Below, one piece after another: positions 25,455 to 39,300 of a stretch of DNA of 64,000 nt (position 1 is the first letter of the stretch; every line of letters starts with the position of its first letter). The notes under the pieces are model-generated. The model did no database searches. It had not been told where the DNA came from and saw nothing but the letters and a program-made list of their open reading frames with translations. The position numbers were made by a program, and so were the translations under genes. Source of the DNA: Amoebophrya sp. A120 (lineage: Eukaryota > Protista > Dinoflagellata); contig CAJINV010000004.1 of assembly GCA_905178155.1 (NCBI GenBank), positions 5,000,619 to 5,064,618 of the forward strand, read 5' to 3'.

Positions 25455-27054
25455 TTTGGTAGTTTGTGACTTACCCTTTTGGGTTCAAAAAAAAAAATAT
25501 TTTGTTTTGCCGTAGTTTTGAACAAGGTACGACAGGACCTATGATGGTTTTAGAGATGAGATTGTGGTTGATTTTCTTGACGGCGACGGGTCAAATCTAC
25601 TTAGTAGTTTCATCCAGGACTAGTACAACTACGAACGGGGAACAAGTGAAACCACAACGGGAGTAGAAATACACCTATAGAGTTCTTGCACTAAAGATAA
25701 GAAACGAAATAACGCCCTTACCCTCGAGGAACTGAAGACGAAATCTTGAAGACTAGGAAATAATACGATAGTTTGACTTGCTGTTGCTTATGGCAATAAC
25801 CCGGAGGCAGACGAGTCACTACAGGAACAGGACGACTCGTTTCTCGTTGAACGTACGATGAGGAAAATGAACGTAGTACGCAGGCACCTTTTAAATGCAA
25901 AAATCCGAACGATATCAAACAAGATCATGGTTTTGGCACGAAAGATAAAGAATACGTACTCCGGAAAAATAACATGGTTCTCCTGTACCATTCCAAACTT
26001 CAACCTTGACAAATAACTGCGTCACCACGGACACAGATGCATTTTCATCTTTTTGCACGAACGATAAGGAGAACGAACGGAAACGATCTTTCATTATTTG
26101 CGGAGTCGGATTTTTAGCAAAAAGAGAAACGACGTGCGGCGTGTATGATATTTGTATCCTTCACCGCTACATCAACCGTTACAATGTTGAGCCCTAATAC
26201 AAAAATGCCATGGCAGCGGCCAGGAAATGCAACTTCATCTTCAAGGACAAAAACAGAACAACAACAAACTACGAGTGCGATTTTATACCTTTCTCCACGA
26301 CATCAAGCAGGTGCAGGAGGAAGAGCTACTTACAGGTTGTTGTTCCATGATGCATTTATCATCTTCGTTAGGTTTTGATTTTGTTCAGAAACGATGTTCA
26401 AATTCGGCGTCAAGCATGTGTTTCTGGTTCTCGGTAAAAGTATGAACTATGTCCAAATGCGCGCACGCATGCGCCTTTGGATGTTCTTCGTGAGTCAACA
26501 TATTGTTATTGATCCAAGTAGATCACAACCGTCATTATGTTTTTTAGTTCACTTTCTAAATTTTGCGTACGAAACAAGCGCGATGTTGACGAGATGCAGG
26601 ACTTCGTCCTCGTTATATTTGTTGTTGTTCTCTATCCTCGTCATATTTTGCCTACAGACTAGTATCGTTCTTTTCGTTATGTGTGTATCGACATGTCGTG
26701 TGTGTAATTATCAACAAGAAGTACTATGGTTGTCGTGTTTTGTGCCCAAAGTAGATCTCTAAATGTGCGGCTATAAACCTTTTTGACCACCTTGAGTGAC
26801 ATGCATTGGTCGAAGCGTGACGCTGTATCAACAAGGCGGTTCTTGGAACCAAGTCTAAAGCAGAATTACTTCCTAGGGCAGTGCTTGTGAAGCGGACGCG
26901 GAGCAAGTCCGATATTAGTCTGCACACTGTTGAAGTGCTGATGTAGATGTTATTCTTATTGTTACGTAAACCAATAACACCACTTCACGGTTACAATCTC
27001 AAACGTTCCAATAGATAGCGAGTGCTTTATTTCTTTTCTGACTCACGTCTCGAA

Positions 27055-27120
27055 GTTGAAGTGATGTTAGTGCTAGTGCTTTTTTGTTGAAGTGATGTTA
27101 GTGCTTCTAGTGCTTTTGTT
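27055..27120. repeat. Short imperfect tandem duplication (~31 bp x2)
   Basis: GTTGAAGTGATGTTAGTGCT..AGTGCTTTT repeated, intergenic. Confidence 0.7.
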
Positions 27121-27331
27121 CTAGAGAATGAATGAGAACCGAAGCGGAAAAAAAAAAGCATCTCTAGATTTCAGAATGGCCGCAAATTTGTCATTGTCCG
27201 CCCTGTGTTAAGTACTTGCTCGTGGTCCTCGTCTCGTGGTCCACTTTTTTATCACTACCCCTGCATCATCGAGACAACTTCTTGCAGAAGCAGCGTAGGT
27301 ATCATTTTTTATCGCTTTTGGTTTTGCTCAA

Positions 27332-30300
27332 CTACATGAGCCCGGCTTGTTTGATGTGCAGTCGGATTTCTCCCTCCTCGTTTTCTACTTCCCTGTTTTG
27401 CACCTCCGCTTTCTGCTGCAAATCAAAATACTTCTCCACGTATTTCTTCACTGCGTCCGCGGAAAACAGCTGCTCCAGCCACTGCGGCGGGGAGTCTGGA
27501 AGAACATAGCGCTTTTTTTGGTGCGGAGATTCCACGGCTTTAATCTTCGACTTTTCCGGATCTACTTCACTTCCCGAAGAAGCTCCTGAAGAACTGGCGG
27601 CTCCTGCAAGGCCCAGCGTGCCCATCCGCTTCGTCAGTTTGTCCAATTGTGGATCATCTTCAGCATTCTGATCAACATCGCCGTCAACCTCAACATGAGC
27701 CCCACCGCGGCGCCGAACCGGGCTGCTCCTTTGACTGCCATCTTTTCGCTCCTGCGCGGACGACAAAGGTTTATCGGGAGATGAGTCCCCGTGAAGTTGT
27801 CCTTTTTCTAAGCCTGCTGTGCTGGGGCTATCCGCAGGAGTCAACCCAGGACGGCCGCTTCTAATATGATGACCCTCCTCCTTCTCCGTTTCCGAGACCT
27901 TCATCTTCTTCAACTTATCCGCCATTTCGTCAACAGCGATGCGGCACTCCGCGTCTTCCTCTGACTCTGAATCAGCCTGCTGGTTCTTGATCATCATTTT
28001 CCGTTTCGCCTGTTCCAGTTCGACCCCCACCACCTTCTTCCGCGCCCGCAGCGCCCGCTCCACCAACTTCAGATACCGTCTTAGCTGCAGCGCGCTCTCG
28101 GACTGCTCGGACAACACCCCGTCTTTCGGGATGAGCTTCACGATCGCGCGGCGCGCCAGGTCGAGCAGCCGCAACGGCGTCGGGTGGGCGAGGAGGCGGT
28201 CCAGAGTGAGGGCGTCGTGATGCTTAACAAACTTCTCGATCTGCGTTTGCACGACAACTTGGGAGGTGCTCCGCTCCGAGCTCTTTCCCGTTGGGGATGT
28301 CTTCTCGAAACGTAAGGACGGCGCCGGGCCTGGAGTAAAGTTCGGGTTAATTTCATACGTTTGTTGCAAATCAAGAACTTCACATGATCACACTACGGGA
28401 AGATGCTCAACACCGGTCGTGCTGAGCAATGTTAATGTAAGTAAAGTAGTTACTTTTACGTAATGTTGTATGAGCGTATCTGTACGTGGTACTCTCACCT
28501 GCATTGATGAATCTAAAGCAAAGCAGTACCAGTGGCAAAAGCCGAAGTGAAAAATTGACCTTCACGGAAGAACATACAAGGCAACAGAAACGTCTCAAGA
28601 AGTTAGTACCCGCATAAGTCGGCTTTCCTCCTACCGCCTTCCTCGCACCGCCAGCAGACTCTACTTCGAGCGGACTTTGGAAGAATTTGGAAATGCTGCT
28701 CGACCCACTGAGTCGTATGCTCTCGTCCTTCACAGCGACGTTTCTTTCCTCCAGGACGGACGCGGAATACACTTTTTCCAAACTGCGCCTTGCGTGAATC
28801 GATTGCGATTCCAAACTGAGATCATCTTTTTTCAGCCCCTTTTTCGCTTCGACCGTGAAGGTTGCGGCTCTGCTTGCTGGCGCGAACACGGGACGAGCAC
28901 TACTGGCGGATGATCCAACTGCAGTAACCGGAATGTCTTGTCGCCCGGTGAACTTGGCGAACGTACCCGACACTCTAGTAGCCGCCGGTTTAGGCAACGG
29001 CTTCTGGGCAACAGCGGCGCAAGCCATCGAGCCTACATCGGGCTCCTCTTCGTCCTCCTCTTCTCCATAAAGGGATTGTAAAGGGCCCCGTGATGTTGAT
29101 GCTTCGCCAAGTTTTTTCCGCGCTTCAAGCAGCTCGTCCTGTACTAAGTCAAGACAACTTCCAATTTCTCTCGCCGCTGCGTGTGAGTTACGGTCAAAGC
29201 TGGCTAAAATGTAAGGGCTCATCGACCGCAACTGCCGCTCGTCAGGGCTCATCGACCGCAACTGCCGCTCGTCGTAATTCCACGTCTTTGAGGTGGAGCT
29301 ACCGAAAATTTTTCGAAACGACTCCACCGTGTTCGCCACGGTGGGGAGTTCCAATTTATTGGCAACTGCAGTGCTTTGCTTTTGGCTCATCGTTGCGGTT
29401 CTGCTAGTGCCTTCCCCCGCGGCTGGTGGTGGGCCCGTAATCATAAACTGGCTCTGCTCTTCCTCACTCGAAAGGAAGTATCGTTGCAAACCCCACAAAG
29501 ACGTCAATCTAGTGGCAATGGTCACCGTATTCACAAACCTACCCAACGTGTATTGCTCCTGGATGTTCTCGTAGAACGCCCGCAATGGGGTGCGCGGTCG
29601 CGTGTTTCTTGCTGTGGCCAGCAGCTGCGCACCAGTCCGCTCATGATGTTGTAGTGGTCCATCATCATCTTCAGCATCACCTTTGGTCGCGCTATCAATA
29701 TCCTGCCCTGGTGGTAATTGTATTTCCTTTTCTTTATCCTCCCAGCGCATTTTCATGCGCGTTTTAGCCACATGCCGCAGCTGCGCGACGTGCTTTTCCA
29801 CAGATACCGCTTGCTCGTCCGCGTGCTGGGAGCCGGTTGTCAAAGACCATTTCTTCGCAACAAATTGAAACTCGTGGTCCAAAAACCGGAATTCGGAGGC
29901 CCAATTCATCTCCTCTTTGCGAAAATCCACGCGTTTCTGCTCCGCCTTGCCAAACTGGCCGAGAACGAGTTTCGTTTCCTCGAGTTTCTTCCCGTGTTGC
30001 AGTTGCTGCCAGATTAACGGGGTCATGAAGTTCTTGATCAGGTAGTCACTGATCTTTTCAGCCGCGGTTTGAATCTGGTGTTCCAAATCATTCGGCTCGA
30101 TATCTTGTTTGTCGCCCCCCTGCATCTGCTTGTCGAGGATTGCTTTTTTCTCTTCATCCAAGACAGAAAGTTTCTTCCGCAATTCATCTACAATTGGATC
30201 CTCGTCCTCTTGCGTTTTGGTTTCGTACTTGCTGACTCTCCTCTCTAGTCTTGGCATCCAGTCTTTTTCCAAAATTTTCCGCTCGGCTTGCAGCTCGACC

Positions 30301-33300
30301 ACGTCTTTGTCTACGGTTTGCAACTGCTCCTTCACATTTTGTGCTTTTTCTAGAAGACCTTCGCGCAACGCATCCACAAGCGTTGGAAAAGTTTGGAGGT
30401 TTTCCACATTGGGCATCTTCTCGTCGTCCTCGTCGTGATCGTCGTAAAATTCGACTAAGAACTTTTTCAGGACCAACAGTCCCTTGTTTGCACCGTTTTT
30501 GATTTTCTTTGGTCGCTCGAAGGTCCTCACCACGTTTTGCATAAAGTCGTACAGCTCGGCAGCCCGAAATTGGATTCGCTCTGGGTTTCGCAGGTCGTCC
30601 AGGCGCTCATCTAATTTCTCCTTCACATTGGTCCGTTCCGCTTGCTTCTCTTGCGGAAACGGGCTAGGATCCACGTCAGCGTCGAACTTCGCGCCGAGCG
30701 TGGTCCTCAACTCCCCAACCAAATACTCCAAGTTCCGCTGCAGCTGCTGCAAAAAGTCTTGCTGTTTTTTCCGCCGGTCTCGCAGCGAAGCCACGCGTTG
30801 TCGTTCCTTCTCGAGATTCTGCATGGTCACGTCCTGCGCGATGGTAGCGTCTTCCAGGTTGTCAACCAAAATGGTTCGGTCGTACTCCCTTTTCCACGTG
30901 GTTTTCAGCAATTTTAGGTCACGGCCTTGCAGGCTGTGTAGCTCCTTGTCCTGCTCGGTGTGCCGGTGGGAGTCGAGCAGTCCTGCTTTGGCAATCTGTT
31001 CCTCCAGCAGCGGAATGGTGCGTTCCTCGATCTCCTGTTTGATCATCATCCGGAGCGCGTCCGCACGGAGCACCAGCCATGTCCTGTGGAGTTTATGGGT
31101 GGACGATGGAAGGAAATTTGATAAAACAGAATCGCCAGTCACGCCCCCAATGTACAGCGTCAATCACGTCATAGTGCTCGTTTTCCTATGTACAGCTAGA
31201 GCTACAGCACTGGGCGCAATGCAAATCTAAATCAAAAGCAATGTTTAATGTACCGAGCGAGGCTAGCTCGTTCTCATTCTGGAGCAAAATGGTATCAGAA
31301 TAGCCATTCTCAAAAAGATATTACGGAGAGACGAATCAATGATAGACGAATGCGAATCGAAATCGATGAGCAGTAAAGTTGTACTTGTCCTCCTTTGCTT
31401 GGTATTCTTGATCCGACGTTCCTATTTGCATTTCATCAGGAATCGTCGGCCAGAGCGTCGCCAGTTGAAACTGGTCTCGCTCGTCCATTTTCTTCTGCAG
31501 GATCTCCTCGCGCTTTTTGTCGAGCCCGGCTTTGTACTCGTGAATCGCGGTTCTCAGCTGATTCAGCGGATACTCCGCTGGAAGCTGAAAGGTCTTTGGT
31601 TTCCGGTCCCGCTTCGACAAGTACTGTTGTTCTCCCGCTCGTTTCAACAGCGTGGGGTTAAGCGGGGCTCTTTCCGACATTTTCGACTCCATGCCTCTTC
31701 CATAGAACCAGTTAACGAATTCCATCGCCTGGCCTCGCGCTAGACTGTTATCCTTGCTGTGCATCTCCCCAGTGAGTTGCTGGATGCGGGCGTCTCGCCG
31801 TTCTCTCAGATCCACCTCCAAACGCGTTTCTAATTCTGCAACCGCTTTTTCGCTTTCCTCCAGCTTCTTCTCGAGAGTCTGTTTCAGAAAGTCTGAAATT
31901 TTCCGGCGCAAATTGCTCGCGTTCTCGGTCATGGTCTTCTGTGGATCAACGGCTGGAGTTGCAGTTCCTGCAGTTGTCGCGCTGCTGCCCTTCCTGTCCA
32001 AACTCGTATCAGCATATTTGAGGAGGTCGTGCGCAGTGCCCGGAAGGTGAAGCTGGATCTGCATGTGGCCTTCGCCGTGGGCGCCATCGCCTGGTTGTTT
32101 ATTAACAACTATCGTGTGGGTGCGCACGAAAAGATCTCGCAGAGTGTTTTGGATTTCGGTGTGAAGCTCATGAAACCCTGTGGCCTCACCGTTCGCAGAA
32201 CTTGCCTCAAAATCCAGTCCAGCGGTTTGCTCGAGCTGCTCCTGCAGGCCACTGACCGCGACGCCCGTACCCCCGCTCAAGATCGCAAAGTCTTCCGAGC
32301 CCATTATTCCGCCGCTCGTCGCAGTTCCAGCACCAAGAGAGAGCAGAACAGGTAAGTACTGCGACCAGGCACGAAAGAGGTCACGCGCCATAGCAAACGC
32401 GCTGCGGTTTATGACCTGGTCGTAGGACTTTAGCAGGCTTTTCAACTCGGTCAGTAGTTCCACAGCGTGGTCCGCTGCTGTTGGAGGAATTTGCATTTCC
32501 TGCTGTCCGTAGTTGAAGTGCAAAGATGAAGAACCTTGATTCAACAACATGTCTCTACTGCGGGCTGCAGAAGAGGACGCTGCTCCGTGTACCCCACCAG
32601 CTTTGGTTGTCGATGGGACTGAAGAAGCCGCACCGGCACCTGCTGCGCCATGCATAAGCTCGTCCTTCGCGAGCAGCTCTTTCAGGTTTTTTTCAAAGTC
32701 GTCCAACTCCTTCTCCATTGCGGCATAGTCCTCTTCCCGTTGAGCTGCAACAGGGTCCTCCTGACGCCGTCGAGAAGCAGCTCCACTTCTTGCACCGGCC
32801 TCTGGCTTTCTCTTTGTATCTCCAAAAACTGCAAAGGGTTCGTTTGTCGGTATAACCGTCATCTGTAAGTCGGTAAGGGTTTTGGCCAAACCCTGATCCG
32901 CACTTTGCAACTTCGTGTACACCCGGTGCACAGACTCGGCGATTTCCTCCTATCCAAGAAAAAAAGTGTGTTAGTGTCTTGGAGTGATGGCATGACAAAT
33001 TTGTTCTGTATGACAGAGAAAGCCTGTCGTGCGCAGCTAGTACGTGAAAACACGTATGCAAAGAGGACGCTATGGCTGGCCAGCATGACAAGTGTAACTG
33101 TGTTGCGTGCTCTGCATTACAGAATTGCACTTACGCACTTTTTTCCTTGCATACCTCCAGCGTAGCCGTCAATAGGCCCACGGCGGCCTTCGTCACCTGG
33201 TGGCCCTCGGGGAGATTCTGTTCGGGATCTCCTGCCGTGCCAGGTGCTCCATGATTCGGGTCATTTTCAGTGTTGCGCTGGCCTGCGCCTGAGAAGAAGG

Positions 33301-36300
33301 ACGACGTGAAGCGACTGTGCCAGGACTGCTGCGCTTGGTGTTCCGTTGGTACTACTGCAACTGGTGGCTCCATTTCGGCCTGAATCCTCTTCTGAATGCG
33401 GCGAATCACCGCAATGAGAGCTTTTCTGACCGCTTTCCGAAAGACTTTGTATCGGCTGGCAGCGGTGGAAGTAGAAAGAATGCCACTTCTTTTGAGCGTT
33501 GTGCCCGAAGTCGGCACACTACCACTACCACGGACTGCTTGCTGCTGGTGCTGCCCGTCTGCTTCATGAAGATTCTGTGAAGTGGTTCTAGGAACATCAG
33601 GAGCTGCGTGTTTATCGTCATAGCCGTTCCAGAGCACCAGCGCTTTGGACGACCAAAAGTTGCTACTGCCATGACCTCCTTCTGCTTCTCGTTTCACTCC
33701 TGCCTTCTCGGCAATCATCTGATTTTGCTCGTCCAACGAGAACCCAAACAAAGTTTTCATGGTGGACATTTCCAGCGCGGCAACGGCTGCGACAGCATTT
33801 TTCATAGTACCGGTGGGAAGACGAGAGTTGTTCTCTTGGTCGTGAAAAAGATTGCTATTTTTCCGTACTTGTTGCGCGAGCGACGTGAAGGGAATTTTGA
33901 CAACGAGACTTCCGACGGACTGATTTTCTACGGCGCGGTTGCTTTCGTCGCTTGACACTGCCTCATCCACATATCCTGGCTGCTTTTGGACGTTCACTCC
34001 GGTCAAGATCAAATCTGCCGTGGCGGCTCCAGCAGGGTTTGATGTTGAGACGAGGCCTTGTTCTTTGGCGAACGTATTTCTGGTGTGACCGAAGATACTT
34101 GTTCCACGTCGTCCGATACTTGTTCCACGTGCGGTGAGGAGCTGCCCCCGTAGTCCAACAAATCCTTCAACAGCAGGAAGCGATGGGGGGAGAGCGAGCA
34201 GGGAGGTACTCGGCAGGTGCCCGCGGGTGGACGATGAACGACGAGAGGATAGAGAAGAGTGAAACCCGTGGTGTCCTCTCCACATATGCACAGATGCTGT
34301 AAGCGGACGCAGAAGCGCATCACGATACGTTCGTAAACTGCTTTCCTCCTCGCTGAGAAATTGTACTGCAGTGCTCCTGCTCATCTTGTCCGCCTTATCA
34401 TTTTCATCTTCCCCACCGTTAAGCAACCACCTTGCAACCGGGTTTGACGGGTCGAATTTCAATACTCGTTCCAATTCGTACGCTTCTAAATGGAACCGTT
34501 GGCAAATTTTTCCAGGTTGAAGCTCCAGTTCCTCGTGAAGCGTAATTGCGTCTTTCAGGAAGTCGGGATCTAAAGTCGCACTCACACCGCTCGCGATGGC
34601 GGTTGGACCAAAGGTAGAGGGTAGTTCATCGCCAGGAAGAAAAACAGCCTCGGGAGGTGCGCCTTCTTCGGAAGATCTTGAAAAGAACCCAACAGTGCTG
34701 TGTTTGCCACTTGCGCCAGTTGGAGTAGAGGCGCCCAGGATGCGCTGCATAGTGAGCGCACCAAACCTGCGCCCGGCTTGTCTTACATTCTCGCCGACCT
34801 TTTTGGCTGTATCCTTCAACTTAGCGCGGAGTCGCGGAGACTGCAGCTGCCCGTCATCTTCAGTTTCGGCTTTTTCACCGGCAGTAGAAGAGCGTGTTGC
34901 CGATGCCTCCTCTGCCCCTGGCTGCTGTTTCGAGCTGGCAACGGCTGAGAAAAGTGCACTGGTGCGGGCTTTGTCTTGTTTCATCTCATCTCCAGACGGC
35001 AACAAGAACTGCTGTTCTCCAGTATTTGCAGTAGCGCTAGTACCAGCAAAGAATTCCCGAACCTCACTGGCGTACCTCTCGCTGAGGAAGACATGACCAG
35101 GTCGTTTGTGGTCTCCTCCTGCTGTCCCTCTAGAAGTTGCTCTTCCCACCGACACCATTCGTGCGCTGTCAGTGTTGCTCCACTGTCCTTGCACAAGTCG
35201 TGCAGTCTCGTGCCCAACATACATCGCGAACGCAATCTGCACCAACTGCACATAGATAACCGGCGCTGTTAACGGGTCAACATTAATATCGTCGGCTTCT
35301 GCAGCGTCCGCCGTCGGAACAGTCTCGGAAGATCCTTGCTCCTTTGCTTGTTGCTGCTCACCAGCAGCGCTCTCTCCCTTGTCCCCGTCCACCAGCTGCT
35401 TCCAGCTATTTTGCCTCGCTACGGCAAGAAACGTCTTACTCTGTGTGACTAACTCCGGCTTTTCGTCTTGCACCCGCTGCACTTTGATTCCCACTAAGCT
35501 GCTTGTGCACAAGGCGCGCAGCTCATCCTGCTTCGCGGTATCGCTACCGTGCTCGCCACCCTCTACTGCAGCAGAACCGCCATACGCCGCAAATTCTTTT
35601 TTGCATTCCGCCTTGCTCGTACCAAATGCCCACACGCTCTGCAAAAACGCCTCCGCACGGGTCAGAATCAACTGCTGGTGCTGGTTGTGCGCAATTTTGT
35701 CTTCAGGTAGGAGTACACTTTGCAGTCCCGCACGCTGCGGACTTTCCGGGTCGTCGGCCACCGTTCGCTGGAGATCACGGGCGAACATCTGGTTGTGCAA
35801 ATCCATCAGTTCCGTCCAAAGAAACGCGGTGTCGACTTTCTCCTTCCTCATTTTCGCCACAAATTCCTTGCGCTTCTGCAATCCGCGCAGAATGCGATCG
35901 ACCAGAATCACGTCATCCTTGCGCCACAAAGCTTCTTGCTCCTGGGCTGTGTGCTGGTGTTGCAATCCTGCAGCAGATCCGCCAGTCGCGCCAGAAGTTA
36001 GACCGCGTCCAAGCTGCTGCAAAATGTGCTTGAATTGCTGGGCCCAGATGCGGTGCAAGGCCGCTTGCGCCAATTTCTCTTTGGTCGCAAGCTTTCGTGG
36101 CGGGGATGCGAGATTTGTACCTCCACGACCGGCGAAGGACGTTCCAATCCGGGCGAGCTTGCGCTCGAAGGCAGACTGAAGCTTGCTGCTACTTACCAGC
36201 GGACTGGACAAGTGGGCTGCAGCAGGCGATGCAAATTGTTCGTACGCACTCATCGTGGTTGGGAAAATGCCAACGCCGCTTGTAAGAGTTCCTCCGCCGA

Positions 36301-39300
36301 TGTTATTCCGTCCGCCAGCTGCACCACCACTACCGTAAGGCAACGTCATGAGATTGTGATTGTGCGCGACATGATAATCGTGGTCCAACCCGTGCTCGTG
36401 GGGCTCAAACATGTGCGATCCCCCTCCAGCGCCAGCATAATTCTGAGAATGGCCGCCTTGCGACGACGAGGAGCGCAACGCCCCAAAATCGTCTGTCTCC
36501 GCCGCCAAGTCGTACCTTTCGGCCTCCACAATCGCGGCCGTCTGCTCGGCCTGGCGGACGAGACCGCCGCTGAGACTGGACGCGCCGTCCCTTAGAAACG
36601 CCTTTTTCAGCCCGTCCACGAATTCCCTCCGGACCTTGTGCAGATTTTCCCGGTGCGCGAGGGACTTCTGGCGCAGCTTTTGCAGCGCGATGCCCTGTAG
36701 AAAGTCGTGCTGACTGTCTTCCCGCTTGTACACGTGCAACAAGTCCCGCTCGATTTCTCTCCGCACCTCCTTCTCTCTTCTCTCCCGCAATTGCTGCGGT
36801 TGGGTGCTGAACTGGCTCATGCTGGTGGTCCTCAGACTGCTCGCCCCCCGTTCCGCAGCGAGGCGCTGCCGCACTTTTTTCTCGATGAACTGCCTGTTTT
36901 TTTGCAGGCGGAACTGGCTTCGCGCTTGCCTCATGCGGTCCAACTGCACCAAAATTCGGTTCGTCACCTCGTGCTCGTTTTCCATGATACCGACCTGCTC
37001 CGAGGTGGAGAAGCCCCGGTCCCATTCTTTCTGCAGAAACTTCCCCTCCGCGGAGGTGAAAAATGCGTCTAAGTCTCGGGACTGTAACTTCTTCGACGTC
37101 GGGCCTGCAGTAGCTCCGCCTGCGCTCGAGATGAGTTGTGCTCCACTTGATGTTCCTGCTGTTCTACTTGCACTACCGATTGTACTTCCACTAACCTGCA
37201 CAAGATTCGTGCGACTGGTCTCTTTCTGCAAAATGGACTGAAGCGTGAGCTCCTTTGCCGCGCTGTTCTCAAACTGCGAAATCGTCGCACCGAGGGTCAT
37301 CGACAGTCTGGCCGTGCCTGCCGCCACGCCGACGACGGCGCCCGCCGCGCCCATCAGCAACCCGCCGTCCACCGTTTCACCCGACGCAGCGAAAACGGCC
37401 TCTTCACCCCCGCCGCTCACCGACGCTAACTGTGGCAACATGGTTGCGCCGACAAGCCGGCCGGCACCCGTGCTGGAAAATCTATCACTGAGAAATCCCT
37501 GCGCCTGCTTGTCCATAAAGCGGACCATCCCCTTCCGCACGTATTCCCACGCCTTTTTCACGTCGTTCCCGTTGGCCGCCAGCACTTTTACCAAAATCGC
37601 ATCGATCCGGCGGCCCCGCGCATCCGCGGCCGCGTCATCCCCCGTGCGGGAATGTTTTGATGACCCAAAACGCATCCTACTTCTGGATCTTGTCGTGTCG
37701 AGACTCGATCGTCCGCTCGTCGAAGAGGTAGTTGCCTGCAACCATTTTCTCCCAAACAACCGCAACAAAGCGTCGCCGAGCATGTTTTGTATCCAGCGGA
37801 GCCGTTGCCGCAGCTGCGGCGTGAACACGGCACGGAATTTGTCAATCAGGTACTTGGCCGCGAATCGTTCCGTCATTTCCCACTGGCCCACGTCCGTCGC
37901 TAAAAAAGAAGCTCTATCCTCCAAATGTCCGCACATGCGCGCCAGCGCCTGGCCCACCGCGGTGTGGCCGAATTTCTCCCCACCAATATGCGTATCGCCG
38001 ATCCAGTATCTTAACTTGTGAAACTGGTGCCCCAGGCGTTGCGCCGCGTCGCCCACGACATCTCCAGCGTGGCTCTGCCGCAGCTTGTCCAGCCCGTTGC
38101 TGACAAAATCTGCAAAGGAATTTGCTTGGCGCTGTACCACCTTCTTCGCTTCGTTGGCAATCTTGTGTGCGTGCCTCTCGACCTTCGTGGCCACGCTGGT
38201 GTGGTGGTGGTGTGGCGCCACTGCTGGTGCGCCTTGCATGCTCTGGGCAAACTGGTGGAAGTCGTAGTTGAGACTGTGGTGGAAGATACCGTGCTTGGAC
38301 GCATCCGCGACCCACTTATCCCACTCCCCTGCTACGGACGAGTGCATGATCATCGTGTGTGCCCGGGCCGCACTAAAAGCTTTGTGGCTCGCATAGCCCG
38401 ACCAACCTGGAAGGAGGTGGAGAATGAATATGAAAAAGTCAGAAGTAGACTAAGACCTCGCATGACAGGTGAAATCTATGTACACGCAACAAGCTTACTT
38501 GTTTTTGCGCGTTGCTTGATCATGAGGCAAGACCTTCAGGCGCCATAGATTGCCGTCGCCTGCTCTTGGTTAAGGTTCTGCTGGTCATGGAAATCGATCC
38601 CGCACACACGTAACACGATCGCCCCAAATGACGCCTGTTCCTCAATGAGATGACAGCTCTGAATGACCTGAACTAGCTAGATCCTTAGGGAAATGGTCAG
38701 AATCGATGTAGATCCTAAAGGAATCTCTTCACCATGTTCCGCGAATCCCCCAAATACTACGAAGGCAAAGCCATCAGGATCGTAGTGAAATGAATGGACT
38801 CAGCTCGGTCCAGACGTTCAGAATGGTCGCCCTGGGGGACTTGACTCCCGCCAGGGTCGAGCACCAATCTGAGCAGGTTGAGGAGTGGGCTCCCATGCTG
38901 TTTTGCCACTTGACTCTGACCAGGTTCGGTCCATATGAATGCGCTGAATTTGGATGAATTGAACCTACAGGATGTAACGCAGCAAGAGACTTGCGTCACT
39001 TGCTTGCTTACTTGCAATTGAGAGAATTCAATGAACTGCTGCTGATAACGAGCTCAATGGAGCAAACGTGTGTAAGTGTGTGCGAGTGTTCTCAAGTCCA
39101 CTAGCACTACGCTACGCCTTGAGACTCAAACTGGCTCTTCTAGTCAGATAAGTGATCGAAATAATGGGCCAAGAGGCAAAGCTGGCGGAGAAGCTGTCCA
39201 GCGCGCAGGACTGGCGCGCCTGGCATCGCGGAGTCACGAACGAGGTTTCTCGCCTCGGACTCCAGGAGTATTGGGATAATCGTCTTGCTGGTAACCCTCC

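Noticed and set aside
25466-27330. Short ORFs in the AT-richer intergenic region (also 11300-13100)
   Set aside because: No coding-like composition or motifs; probably UTR or intergenic.
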